A stretch of DNA of 64,000 bases from the human T2T-CHM13v2.0 reference genome, Homo sapiens, in assembly GCF_009914755.1 (NCBI RefSeq), contig NC_060932.1; one strand, written 5' to 3'. Below are positions 51,275-64,000 of this stretch, one piece after another. Each line of letters begins with the position of its first letter. Positions within the stretch are counted from its first letter, which is position 1. The notes under the pieces were generated by a model, which worked only from the letters and a program-made list of their open reading frames with translations, ran no database searches and had not been told where the DNA came from. The position numbers and the translations under genes were made by a program.

Positions 51275-51547
51275 AGGGTGAAACCTCTGCTTACCCTGTA
51301 CCTGACCTCTTCTCCATGGGTTAGCTGTGGACACTGTGAGCAGAGGGTGAAACCTCTGCTTACCCTGTACCTGACCTCTTCTCCATGGGTTAGCTGTGGA
51401 CATTGTGAGCAGAGGGTGAAACCTCTGCTTACCCTGTACCTGACCTCTTCTCCATGGGTTGGCTGTGGACATTGTGAGCAGAGGGTGAAACCTCTGCTTA
51501 CCCTGTACCTGACCTCTTCTCCATGGGTTAGCTGTGGACACTGTGAG
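51275..51547. repeat. 69-bp minisatellite, ~4 copies
   Basis: Units start at 51275, 51344, 51413 and 51482; only two variable positions. Confidence 0.97.
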
Positions 51548-52369
51548 ACTTACGTGCCATGCTTAGATTTCACTTAAAATGAGGGGCTTCCAGAATTAAC
51601 ATTTTATCTGTATACAGGTCTCCAGAATAAGATGTGCTCACCGCAGGAGGTGCCGAAGGTAATCCACTGTGGTGCATAAAAACAATGGAACTTCCCTCCA
51701 TATTATTATAAGCTTTGCTTTAAATAAATTATATTTCTGATTTTCTAATCTTTAGGTCAATAAAATTATACAATTTTATAAATAAATAAATGCTCATGTA
51801 CTTAAAAAAAATGAGGGATTACATCAGTGTGGTCCCCAAGCCTGCCTGGTCACCAAGACATTGAGAGATTCTGAAAAAAACGTCACATTCTCAGGCTCAT
51901 CCTAGAGGTCCTGAAGAATTTCCATGGGGGAGACAGGAATCTGTATGTTTTATTGACTTTCCAAATGATTTTGATGAACAACCAGTTTTGAGGGTGGCTG
52001 TATAAGATGACCTCTAAGGGAGTAGAGGACGTGCAAACACAAAGATGGAAGCGGGCCATTATTTTTATACTCAGTATCCTTGTATCATGAAATTCTAAAG
52101 CTTTCTGCATGCTCTCGTTCCCTTAATCTTCCCCTTTCAGGCATGGCAGTAAGAAAAATGCTACACAATTTGTGATGCTTTGGAGAGAAGGTGAAGCCCA
52201 AGAGGAACATTTCTTCTAAATTTCTTTCTTCTCAGAAATATTCAGAAATTATTCACCTGACAAAAAGGTCAGCTGGAAAGAACAGTTCACCACAAATTTG
52301 GGTTTCCTGAAAGAAGCAAACAATGGAGATTCTCATTGCTTCAGAGCTACATTTTTGAAAGAACCTTCT

Positions 52370-54035
52370 CTGCTCACTCTCTACTAATCTCCCACTAAAA
52401 TGATACCAGCTGGCAGCTTGATCTGTGGTAGTCTGACTTCCTCTCCCACCGCTGCCCTGAAACAGATCTGGCTCACATCCCCAGTGACCTGCTCTTTGTC
52501 AGATTCAAAGGCTTTTCCATAGTTTTCATGCTGCGTACGTGACTCACCCCACACGACTCTCCAGTATTTTACAGAAGGATCGCTCCCTTCTGCTGTCTCC
52601 ATGAAGCCATTTTCCCATGGATTTTTTTTTGTAATCTCTGGACATTCCTGGTGGTCTCTTTTTCTCGGCGTATCTTTTTCTGGCCTTTCCCAGATTCCTC
52701 TCCTCAGTCTCTTTTTCTGGAAAGTCACACATTGTATACACCCATCCTGTGTGATCTGATTCACCCCCCGGGCTTCCAGTATCACTTACACCTGGTGACT
52801 TCTTAATCTCAAGCCCAGATCTTTTTTCCTCAATCTCCACTTTAAATTCTACACATCCCAAACTATGGGGATCTTCCTCCCCAAACACACTCTGCCCGCT
52901 TTGTTAGTTTCGTGAATGGCATTACATGCAGTTGGCTGAGCTGGAAATCCAGATGTCGTTGTCTCTGGAAGTCTGTTCCTTCTTTATCCCATGCTTACTC
53001 CTCTCTTATCCTCTCTTTCCTGGACTATAGCAAAGCCTCCTAAATGGCTTTCATGTTACCTCTCGCTGTGCAGTTTAGAAAGTGATCTTTATGTAGCACA
53101 TATTTTGCCATGTTTTTGCCCAGTTTAAAACATATGCCAAATTCCATCATCTATTACCATCTATAGCACCAGCTCCTTAAGGCTCTTTGCTGTCTTGCTC
53201 TGTCTGGCCTCTCCAGTTTCTTCTGCCGTCCTGCTCCATCTACCAGCCCTTGTTGCAAGCCTTCTGTGCTCCAGCCACACTGGACTTCCAGAGATCCCTA
53301 AACATGCCCTGTGTTTCCTGGATGAGGCCAGGTTCTGTGCTAGGAATGCCCTGTCTTAGAATGTCTTCTCTGCTTGATAAAACCCTACCCATCTCTCAAA
53401 ACCTGTTTTATAGACAGAATGTTTTGTTTCCCCAAAATTCACATGTTGAAGTCCTAATACCCCATGTGGTGTTATTTGGAGATGGGACCTTTGGGAGCTT
53501 ATTGGGTTTAGATGAGGTCACCAGGGTGAGCCCTGATCTGATGGGGTTAGTGCCCTTACGGGAAGAGACACCAGAGAACTTGCTCTGTCTTTCTTTCTCT
53601 GTCATGTGAAAATACAGCAGGAAGGTGGCCATCTGCAAGCCAGGGAGTGAGCCCTCCCCACAATCTGATCTTGCTAGCAACCTCATCTCAGACTTCCAGG
53701 CTCCAGAAATGTAACAAAATACATTTCTATCATTTAAGCACAAAGTCTGTGGTATTTTGTTATAGAGCCCAAGCTGACTAAGACAGTCCAGTTATCACAT
53801 TCTTTGTGAAGCATTTTTGGATCCTCTGGACAGAATTGACCTCTGCCTCCACTAGGCTTCCACATCATTTTGTTCATGGTGCTAATAGAGCGCTTAGCAT
53901 ATTTTATTATGATTCCACCATCTGCCTCCTTCAGTACTGCCAGTGAGAAGCAGGGAGTGTGTTTAGTTCATTTTTCTATTCCTAATGCCACAGTAATTGG
54001 AACATGGAAATTTAATAAATGTTTATAGAACAAAT
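52370..54035 (+). mobile_element. L2 LINE, interrupted by MLT1A
   Basis: 'gctccagccacactggacttc', 'ctcaagcccagatc'; 3' end 'aataaatgtttatagaacaaatga'. Confidence 0.65.
53407..53785 (+). mobile_element. MLT1A-type MaLR LTR
   Basis: 'ccccaaaattcacatgttgaagtcctaa...gtctgtggtattttgttatag...gactaagaca'. Confidence 0.88.
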
Positions 54036-54075
54036 GATGCCTTAAGCTTCCACGAAGAGATAAGAATAATAGTAA

Positions 54076-54441
<366 letters not shown>

Positions 54442-55329
54442 TAAAATATATATTTAGACCTCGTACTGGCTCTATGGAATGGGAATTGTGGGTATTATTG
54501 TCCCCATTTGATAGAAGAAAGACTGAGGCACAGAAAGGATCAGTCATTTTCCCTAAGTATGTTTGCAGGAGCCACGTGTGAAGTCCCAACAGCCTGACTT
54601 CATTCCCTACTTCTCTAGTCTAGAGCTGAGCGCTCATTCTTTCCTGAGTAGGGATTGATGAGGAGGGAGAGGGGCTGGGGGCTTCAGGGAAGGAGCAGAA
54701 GTGCAGAAAGAGGCCGGGATCTAGAATCAAAGCAGCTTCCCTTTGCAATTTAGCTAGGCTGGGCTGGCATTGCAACTGCAATTTTCTTATCTCAGGCTGG
54801 GGGATTGAAAAAGAGAGTAACAGAGACAGAGAGATTTTCCTGACAAGCTAGCACCGGCTTGACAGTTCCAGTCTTCACCATCACCTCAGTCAAATCTCCA
54901 AGTGAGAGAAGAAGGAGAAAATCACTCTAGGTTTGAGGAGTATTTCTTTTAAAGCATGTAGTCAAATGGCCTCACCACCAGACAAGCAGATCACATACAG
55001 ATGATTTAGCTGCCATGTCGCTGAGTTCATGGAGTGAGGAATTCCCATTCCCATCTCCAAGAGGACTGGAACTAAATAAAGTTGAACTGACACCTGACAG
55101 TGCAGTGCTCGGGAATCTATTTGAGTTCCTATTTAAAGGTGCATAGCCTTATTTTAAATTAGTTTCCCAGGGTTTGGATAAGACTCTCCAGGGCATCAAA
55201 ATATAAATTTTCTTGCACTGTAAAAAGCTTCCTTTGCTTAGAAAGCTTCAAAATATTTCTGTACCACATGCTTCTCTATCCATTGGGAACTGTAAGGCTC
55301 AAAATAATAGTAATAATAATTACTATTCT

Positions 55330-55637
55330 TTCCTTATATATATTTTTAAATATAGAGACAGGGTCTCACTGTGTCACCCAGTTTGGACTGTAGTGGCATG
55401 ATTTTAGTTCACTGCAGCCTTGAGCTCCTAGACTCAAGTAATCATCCTACCTTGGCCTCCCACGTAGCTGGGACTACATGCATGCGCCACTATACCTGGC
55501 TAATTTTTAAATTTTTTCTTGTAGAGATGAAGTCTCATTATGTTGTGCAGGCTGGTCTTGAACTTCTGGCCTTAAGTGATCCTCCCACCTTGGCCTCCCA
55601 AAACACTGGGATTACAGGCATGGGCCATCATGTAGCG
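55330..55637 (-). mobile_element. AluJ-like
   Basis: Antisense dimeric Alu. Confidence 0.9.
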
Positions 55638-56137
55638 TAATAGTTACTATTATTTCTGCCAAGTACTTTCCTGTATTATCTCATTGAAATATCACCCATC
55701 CCTTATGGGGCAAGTAGTATTATTATCTTAAATTTGCAAATGAGAAGACTGAGGCTCAGAGAGGTTAGGTCACTTGCTCAAAGTCATACAGGTAGTGAGG
55801 GAGATAAATGAGTATGTTTGCATTCTGCCCAATCTGTAACTGATGGAACTATAAACTTCTACTTCAACGTTAAGTAACACAGGCTACCCAAGCTCTGAAC
55901 TCTGGAATTAAGGGCACCTAGCCCTCTGCTCAGGGTTTCTTTGCCAGGACCCAATTTGGGGTGGAAGGCTTTGTTGGTGATTTGGGTGGGAGATAGCTGC
56001 TTAGTGTGTGGCCTTGAAGTAGTTCATATCCACCCCATGTCTCAGTTTTCCCATGTATAGTAAGGGTGACAAGCCTCACCCACTAAGTTCGGGCACATCT
56101 AGCAGGACCACATGATAAATGGGTTTAAGGAATTTCA

Positions 56138-56288
56138 GGCTGGATGAGGTGGCTCATGTCCACAATCCTCACACAGTTTGGGAGGCCAAGGCGGGATGAT
56201 TGTTTGAGGCCAGGAGTATAAGCCTTCAGTGAACCACAATTGTACTACTGCACTGCAGCCTGGGTGACAGAGTGACACAGTATCTTTT
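56138..56288 (+). mobile_element. FRAM/FAM-type Alu monomer
   Basis: Single Alu monomer ending 'ctgcactgcagcctgggtgacagagtgac'. Confidence 0.75.
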
Positions 56289-56441
56289 AGAAGGAAGGGA
56301 GGAAGGAAAGAAAAAGAAAGAAGAAAGAAAGAAGGAAGGAAGGAAAGAAAGAAAGAGAGAAGGAAGGAAGGAAGGAAAGAAAGAAAGAAAAGAAAGAAAG
56401 AAAGAAAGAAAAAGAAAGAAAGAAAGAAAGAAAGAGAAAGA
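56289..56441. repeat. Polypurine (GAAA)n/(GGAA)n tract
   Basis: ~150 bp of only G and A. Confidence 0.95.
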
Positions 56442-58739
56442 GCCTACAGCCTGGCCCATGGGCACCTGGCTTTCTAGAGCCGCTCAGCTTCTCTACCTCC
56501 ATCTCAGTGTCCACTTGGGGTGGGGGGTGGCAGAAGAAACTCTGATCCTGTGTTTATTCCCTTTAGCTCCTGGCCCGGTCAGGATTCCTTCCCAAACTGG
56601 AGTCTTAATCACACAGAGCAATTACACGGAAACAGAACAACAAATCGGGATCGATACAGACTTGACTGTTGACTGGAAGAAACAAAATTTATGACTTGAC
56701 TGGATTATGCTTACCAGCCAAGAATAGCTGTAATTCCAAGCAACCCCACCGACCAGGATCAATCATGGCATTTTATTACTTTGCTAAACCCTGCTAGCTC
56801 CCCACCCCACAACCCCCATCCAGTTAGAACCCAATCTCCAAGGAAAATATTGCACTTGTTATCAAATTTTAGAAAGAGAATTTATTGCAAAGGCAGATTG
56901 ATTTAAAGCCTTCTTCTAAAGGGGAGCAGAGGGAGGTGGAAAGGTAAATTTTGCTTCGTCTTTTAGATTGGTTCTTTTGCTTATCCCTCCTTTTTATGAC
57001 ATAATCTGTTGTAGCATTACCCAGGGTCCTCTGGGCTAAAGCTTCTTGCCTGGCATTAGATAAGGGGGAGATATTGTCTGGGTGTAAAGTTTAAAGCCCG
57101 TGGCAAGGGCTCATTTTTCTCATTTCAGGCAAGGGAGAAAGGATATAAAATGAAAAGCAAGCAATCAATAAGGAAGAAAGATAGAGATCTTCCCCAAAAA
57201 AGGAAAAAAAGAAATCCTCACCTCACTGATGACTCCTCTAACTAAGACTTTAACAGGCGGATAATGAGCTCATAGATCCTCCGGTTGGGGCAGGGCTGAA
57301 GAGCAGACCCCCAATGCCATCATAGTCCACTCCCCCTCTCCTCTTGCATCCTGCAGTAATGGGATGCAACTCCCATTGCGAGCTTTTGGATGTTTTTATA
57401 GACAACTCAGCCTTCCTTATTCCTGTCAGTCAACCTTTAAAGTAAGAGCAGAATGGTTAATTACTTATCTGGCAATCAGGATGGGGAATTGTGGTGGTTT
57501 GTTCAAATCATGTAATAAATGCTGTAATCCTACCTGCTGAAGTGGAGGTATCTACCCGCCCCCCCCGCCCGGCCCCGTGGCTCATGACAAGATGAAGGAA
57601 AAGGTGAAAGTATTCTTTGGTTAATCCTGGAGTTTATGATAGACTAGTCTGATTTAATGGCTCTGCAGTCACTCTGTTGTTAGAAAATCAATATTTTCCT
57701 AAGAAAGTGTATGGACTGCCATAAATACACTCCCAGTTGTATGAACCTTGGCTACAGAACTTACATACTGCAGAGACCATAATGAGTGGTGAGGAAACAG
57801 CCTCCCAAAGCAGCAGGAAAGCAGAGCAGCCCATAAAGAAGCCTCAGGAGCTGTCTGTGGGTTCAGCTCCTCAGAGACCCCGAGAAGCTCTCCTGCAACC
57901 ACTAGGGAGAGAGGGGAATCTATGATTGGTTTTCACTGTGGAGTTCTTTTGAGTCACACATTCTGGAAAAATAGAGGGGATCGTAGACAGGGAACGTACC
58001 CTCAGGGCCAGACACAATACTTTCAAGAGGGATAGAGGGGAAAGAACCTCAAGAGAAAGGCAAACGATGTCATGGGATGAACATAGGAGTAGCAATTGGA
58101 ACACTGAGTGTGAATCCTTCTCTACCACTTTCCTGGGGGGCCGCGAGCCAGTCATACACCCCAGCTTTACAGAGGAGGAAACTGAGGCTGAGATGGGTTT
58201 ATCACAGCTAATACATGCAACTGTTTTGAGTTTAAAAGAAGGTACATGTTGGACATTGCCGTTTATTTTGGCTCCCCAGCATCAAATCCCGCCTTCTATG
58301 TTCAGGAATTTTACATCTCATTGAGTCTTGGTGAGAGTTAGAGCCCTCTGTCTGCTACAGAATCTGAAAATGTACTTCCCAGCATCCTTCACAGAAAGGG
58401 CATTTGGGCATTTTCTAGCCTCTTTCACAGGTAGGACACCGCATCCAGTGCAGCTGTGGTCAAACACACCTGCCCCAGATTGGAATCAGCTGCTCGCGTG
58501 GTAAAGAAGCAGCAATGGTGAGGAGTTCCCTGGCAGCAGTGATGGTTGTGGAGACCTCTGGATTCTGGGTGCAGCTGTGGGTGACCACTGTCCAATGGCT
58601 GCAGCATGGGCAATGCCAGCTGTGGAGTCTGGGGTTCAGCATGGGAGCGTGTTACCTTATAAGACTATCTGTAGATAGATTTTAAATGTCACATCTGCCT
58701 CTGCAGGCTTAGAGGTTTTGTGCACATTGTCATACTTAA

Positions 58740-60345
58740 TTTTGTCACAAAGTGGACTCCTTCATCGGAGGGGATGTTTAGAGGTTTGTTATGAAACACG
58801 GGATGCTCTGTAAGGCCTCAGATTGTGGAGCTGACAAATGCACTGTGGGTGGGAAAGGCAATGAAACACCCCAAATACATCTGAAATACATCCATCTGGA
58901 ATCACTGTCTTCTCCAGGAAATAGGGATCCAGTGTGAACATCTTATCACTAAGGGACCATGTGATCTGCTTGAGAGACGGCACCATGTCGGGGGCACAGT
59001 ATCAATAATTCCTATTGTTGGCAGGTCAGACTTTCAGAAGAGTGGCAACGATCAGGCTTGCTGACACGGAACCCATGCTGCTCAGCCCATGCATGCATAT
59101 CCTCTACCTCTGCTCTGTGACTGCTCCATGCACAGGCCCATTGTGCAAGAAATGGCTGAGGATGGGGGCTGAAGCACTTCCATGGGATGTGTCCTCATGT
59201 CCACTTGCTGGTTGAGAGCATCTTCTCAGGTGAATGCTCTCTTCTCCACACACTCTGTGCCCACTCCCATGAGTCCACCCTGCTTTATTCCCAGGCCTCT
59301 TTGTTTCGGATTGTTCAAAGTGACTCCTCCAAGGCCCCCAAGCAATGATTCAATCCATTCGCCACTGCCTAAGGGGAGACAGATATCTTTTCCTCAGGCT
59401 GCTTCACTCTCCATTCAGATATTTACTGCTCAAAGTTCTGCCCCCTGGAGGGTTTTCCATGTACCACCATCTTTCAGAACTATTCCTGAGGGGGCTGTGT
59501 TATTACAGCAGTCTCTTTTACACTCTTGGAAAAATAGCAAGCTGACCCTATCATGAACCAAGCCTAGGTGTTGTACACTCTAGTCAGCTGAGGAGGCCGG
59601 AAATATGAGCCAAAAAAGAGGTTCAGTGCACAGAGGTAGCTGGCATGGGGGTCCAGACCACCCTTCATTGTAGAATGGATTGCTGCTGTGCCCCTTCAAC
59701 CTTATAACTTAATGTGTCTGAAAATATCCAGCTCATCTTTGGCACCTACAGTAATATAGTCATGGATATTGCATAGCCAGATGACTTAGTAGCATGCCAG
59801 GAGCTGCCTTTTCAATAGTGAGTAATGTTCTCCTGTAGATGTCTTGCTCCAAAGCCCTAGGATTCTGCACCTCAACTCTACAATTCAGGCTTTCTAGAAA
59901 TGCCATTAAGCACTCTTATCTGCCACAAATATGTCTAAAAATCATGGAAGCTGATGAATTATATGGGCAAATCATTAGGGCCACTTGTACCATAACCTAT
60001 TGCAAAATGCTGTTTGGCCCTGCTCACCACTCAAAACTGACAATTCTAAGTCATCAGGAGTCATAGCAGTATTCCTAAGAGGGACATGTGCTGCCATCAA
60101 AAATCCAAAGAAGCCCACAAGTGCTGAATCTTTTTCCAGGTGGTAAGAGATGCAATATACAATAATTTATCCTTTACCTTGGAGAGAATGGCTTGACAGA
60201 CTGCATCCCACTGGGCCTCTAAAATCTTCAGGGATGGAGTCGGCTCCTTGATCTTTGCAGGTTTACTTCCCAATAACTGGTGCACATGTGTCTTTACAAG
60301 GTATCCAGAGATCTTGCTATTTTTCACTCATCGAGTCCAATTAAT
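58740..60345 (-). mobile_element. ERV-L class (HERV16/ERVL-like) decayed pol fragment
   Basis: ORF 60097-60327 'PAKIKEPTPSLKILEAQW...ILSKVKDKLLYIASLTTWKKIQHL' resembles the ERV-L RT C-terminal region as I recall it (KIQGPSTSVKFLGVQW...IPSKVKDKLLHLAPPTTKKEAQRL); left boundary uncertain. Confidence 0.8.
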
Positions 60346-60669
60346 GTGGTTTCAGTACAGCCACCCAGATGACCCTATTCCAGGCATCCCTTTTCTGACT
60401 CTAGCATAGGAAAATTACCAGAGCTGTGAAATCAGCCATATTGAAAATTCTGTGACGTTTGGAAATCAGACTGTGGGCCTGATTTTTGGCAGTCCTCTCT
60501 TCATCTGCAGGAGATAAGGCCTTCTTTAAACACTTTCATAAAATGATAAATTTTATACAACCGTGTTGTGTCTTATTTTACTCTATTTATTATCAGTAAT
60601 GGAACCCTTGTCACATGGCCAGCAAGTGATCTAATTTTAGAATTCCATTCTGAGAGTCTCCTTCTTAAT

Positions 60670-60686
60670 ACTACTTCTGGTACCGA
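60670..60686 (-). other. tRNA-Leu-type primer binding site of the ERV-L remnant
   Basis: Minus strand reads CGGTACCAGAAGTAGT immediately 3' of an LTR end. Confidence 0.6.
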
Positions 60687-60687
60687 C

Positions 60688-61400
60688 TGACTTAAGATTT
60701 TCCAAGAAGACCCTGAGACAAGGATATAAGTACCAATATTTTATTTGAAGGAGATGTCAGCTATGCCGGTAAGTAGACAGTGAATGGGAAAAGGTCAATA
60801 AAGACTGTGTTTTCAAGCAAGTTTGCACTGTAAGCATCTGGAACATAATTTTTCTGGGCGATCTGTTTCCCTGCCCAAATCTCATGTCAAATTGTAATCC
60901 CCAGCATTGGAGGTGGGGCCTGGCAGGAGGTGATTCGATCATGGGGGCACATTTCTCCCTTGGTGCTATTCTTGTGACAGTGAATGAGTTATATAAAAGT
61001 GTATGGGACCTCCCTTCTCCTTCCCACCCTGTTGCTCCTGCTCTGGCCTTGTAAGACATGCCTGCTCCCCTTTTGCCTTCCACTATGATTGGAAGTTTGC
61101 TGAGGCCTCCCCAGAAACAAGCTGCTATGCTTCCTGTACAGCCTGCAGAACTGTGAGCCAATTTTACCTCTTTTCTTTATAAATTGTCCAGTCTCAGCTA
61201 TTTCTTTATAGCAATGTGAGAATGGACTAATACAGCAATCTAGAAGCCAGTGTTGAATAAGCACTTCAAGATTATCTTGTCTGAGAGGTAAGAGAGGATG
61301 GATATTTGTTTATCAACTCCTCTCAGTCATTGTTTGAGGGCGCCAATGGCTAGAGTGTGACCCAGTGCATATGGGAAGTGGCTGGGTACCCGCAGGACTT
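60688..61400 (-). mobile_element. LTR16-like 5' LTR, interrupted by MSTA
   Basis: 'agaccctgagacaaggat...ttttatttgaaggagat' adjacent to the PBS; resumes after 61234. Confidence 0.55.
60860..61234 (+). mobile_element. MSTA-type MaLR LTR
   Basis: 'cccaaatctcatgtcaaattgtaatccccagcattggaggtggggcctgg...gagaatggactaataca'. Confidence 0.9.
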
Positions 61401-62539
61401 GCTTCACTTCTGCTCAGCTATCTCTGTGCAGGACCAGGCCAATGGAGGCAGCGGTGTAAGGTATAGGGTGTGGGGCTATGTCACTGTGTGCCTCTGTGCT
61501 GTGCCTAACTTTGAGGGGAAATATACCAAAACAAGCTCTCAGGACAGACTGGCATATAGTAGATGTTCAGTAAATTAATCCTGAGTATTAGAGATCCGAG
61601 GGATTTAGGGAAGAAGGGGGCTATCAGAAGTATAGCAGACAAGAAGACTGACATCATTAGAGGGCTGGCCTGTGCTGCCCAAGTGCCAGGGCAAGAGAGT
61701 CCATGTGCCCTAGATCTGGGGAGATGTCTTTGTACCAGTCCATGATGCCCAGAGAATCTTTCAGAAAGGAATGAGTCCATTCTCCCTTTTCTATCCCGTT
61801 GCTTAGGGCAGGTAGACGGTGCAGGGTGGCTCCCTGGGCAGCAAAGTCTGGTTGAATCGTGAGGCTCAGAGGGCCTCGTTATCTCCTCCAGCCACTTGCC
61901 TGGAAGGCTCCTATCCTGGGAAACAAACCTGGGAAGTAGGAAGAGAGGAAGTGGCTGGAGAAAGAATGAGCAATTACACATGGCAAGCACCAGCCCCAAA
62001 CATGCAATTACTTTTCAAACAGGCTATTTACAGCCCGTCAGACAGAGCCTGCAGGGAGTGGGAATTGTGTAGTCTGAGACTGGACAGGGCTCCGAGAGGC
62101 AGGGAAGTGAGCATCAGGGCTGGCTCATTGATGTGTGAGGCAGAGAGACAGACCCACAGCAGGGAGCCAGCAATTGGGAGAGGATGGAAAGGGCAGTCAA
62201 GATCCCCTCTCTGATCTGCCGCCTCACCACTGACACTTCTGCAGGAGCCCAGCTCCTCACTGTCCTGGTCAAGTCCACCAGGGCCACCCCCTCTCCAAGA
62301 CTCCACCTTCACTGTCTTCCCCACCCACTGCCCCTCCTTGTCTTTCTCCTGGTCCTCAGCCTGGTTTCTACCGCCCTGGGCAAAACTCCCCTGAGTGCCC
62401 CCACCCACCCCAATAACTTACTTTCTGAACCATTGGAACCTTAATTCTTATTGCCATTCACTTCCCACAGATTGTTTTGTCAGTGTCATCTGTTCCCAGC
62501 TAAAATTCATTGTCTTATTTTTCATTTGTGTACTCCTGT

Positions 62540-62730
62540 GATCTTAGTCTAGTGAACAAGATCACTGAATCACTTCTGACTTGATCACCACATGCCTCCG
62601 TTTCCTTGTTCATGAAATGGGATTCAAAATAGTACTTTATTCTTAGGGTTGCTGTGAGGGCTATAGCAGTGACTGCTAGTTACGTGCTTAGCACAGTGCC
62701 TGGTTTAGAGTGCAAACTCAGTCAACATGG
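62540..62730 (+). mobile_element. MIR SINE
   Basis: 'tagggttgctgtgagg...gtgcttagcacagtgcctgg'. Confidence 0.7.
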
Positions 62731-63419
62731 AACGGACACATGTGAGGCCTTGGCTTGCTAGGGACCTGTTCGGTGTTTCTGGGGCTCAGATAAAACCACG
62801 ATGGTCAGGTCACTCTTTCACTTCTTCCACATTTTGACTCATTTAAGTTAGAATAGGAAAAATGTATATAATTATAGGATGTATTTTAGAAGAGTTTCTT
62901 GCAAGTCTTTTTGGTTTGGAACCATTTAAATTAGTTCTGCATAGTCAAGACCTAAAGACCTGTATTCCAATACCTTTATTGGAACTGCTTATATTAGTAT
63001 GTATAGACAAGATCTGAAAGTCCTCTTTTGTGCTTACTAGAGAGGAATTTCAGAACTGTTATATATACCCAATACAGGTTTTGGTCAGCCTCATTTTCAA
63101 AAGGGATTGTTCCCCAGGGTCATTTACGATTATTAGAGTGAGGCAGATCTTCAAAGGCATGTCTGTGTTAGGGGAAGCAACTGGGACCTTATTGCCATGC
63201 TGGGTTGATTGTGCTGAAGATGAGAACATTCGATGATGTCATTTAGGGATGGCCTTGGCAGATACTGCACCTGCTCCTCTTTTAGGTATGGCTCCTCTTA
63301 GTTAGATACCGGATTGGGACAGCTGTCCCCTTTGCCTAAGTATAAAGCAACTCTGAGCCCCTCGAGGAAAAACACTGGAGAGCTAAAATCAGAGCAGTGC
63401 TTAGATCTTAGCTCAGACT

Positions 63420-63866
63420 TCATGCTGCATCTCCTCTGTTTGTCTTCCACATCCTTCTCTACCCCAATCTTTGCTCTCAGTCCAGGGACATTGACCTCTG
63501 GGGACTGTCTCAATTTGCCCTTTTGCCCTCTGGTTTCTACCTGGGTTTAGCCGATGGGAGGCACCAACAGGAAATCAGAGAGAGAGGTTGGAATAATTAT
63601 TCCTTTGGTTCTTTCCTTCTGTCCTGCAGATTGGCAGAGGTTGATCTCTCTGTGTAAGGCCACAGCTTCACCAGGGCTGCGGTCACCTATAACTTTCTAG
63701 TGTCTTTCTGGCGGCTATTCCCTCCTTTGCCTTGAGAGCCAAGGGATGGGAACAGCCCTTGTTGTCCTGACATATTTCACTACTTCTCTTAATGCTTCTC
63801 CTAACTTTGTAAAACAGCCTCTGCATTAAACTTTGCTCAAACATTCAGTTGTTCTCCCCCTGACAT
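63420..63866 (+). mobile_element. LTR16A/C-like ERVL LTR
   Basis: 'ttgccctctggtttctacctgggtttagccgatgggaggcaccaacagga', 'ctttgtaaaacagcctctgcattaaact'. Confidence 0.7.
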
Positions 63867-64000
63867 CTATGAGGCAGCTTGGTACAAGTGGAAAAGAGTG
63901 TAGGTTCTGCAGTGAGATTTTCTGGGTTCATACACCACTTAACATTTTAAGTTTCTCTTTAAAAATTAATTTTAAATCTGTAATTGATATATAATAAGCA

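Noticed and set aside
51275-51547. CRISPR-like array
   Set aside because: Units are contiguous with no unique spacers, the DNA is primate, and there are no cas genes.
51146-51577. Repetitive 23-aa ORFs on both strands
   Set aside because: A by-product of the 69-bp unit length; no homology that I recognise.
56226-56694. Lys/Glu/Arg-rich and Phe/Leu/Ser-rich ORFs
   Set aside because: Translations of the polypurine tract.
60097-60327. Domesticated retroviral gene
   Set aside because: Short frameshifted pol remnant with the catalytic RT core absent.

Overview
This is primate, almost certainly human, non-coding euchromatin (intergenic or deep intronic). I find no supportable protein-coding exon and cannot name the locus. 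The ORFs that stand out are explained by Alu, L1, simple repeats or a decayed ERV-L pol. Much of the window is interspersed repeat: about 14 Alu/FLAM/FRAM copies, L1PA/L1M and L2 fragments, many MIRs, a MER41B solo LTR, MaLR LTRs (two THE1-inside-MLT1 nests, MSTA, MLT1A/H), LTR33/LTR16, an ERV-L proviral remnant, and MER8 and MER119 DNA transposons. Five things are less ordinary. (1) A frame-intact mitochondrial ATP6 fragment (NUMT) is inserted inside a 7SL RNA pseudogene with a 6-bp duplication. (2) A ~380-bp patchwork at 27.3-27.7 kb is built from three separate neighbouring segments. (3) A ~410-430-bp inverted duplication at 38.5/40.6-41.0 kb has a fold-back third copy. (4) There is a 69-bp minisatellite and a ~1-kb CA-rich array with a 128-bp higher-order period. 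(5) There are candidate regulatory elements: a STAT GAS site in MER41B, a DUX4 site in THE1B, a CTCF motif, and a CpG-rich stretch ending in a splice donor. I see no evidence for a new gene system. Repeat subfamily names come from recalled consensus sequences, identities are hand alignments, and boundaries of old repeats are approximate.
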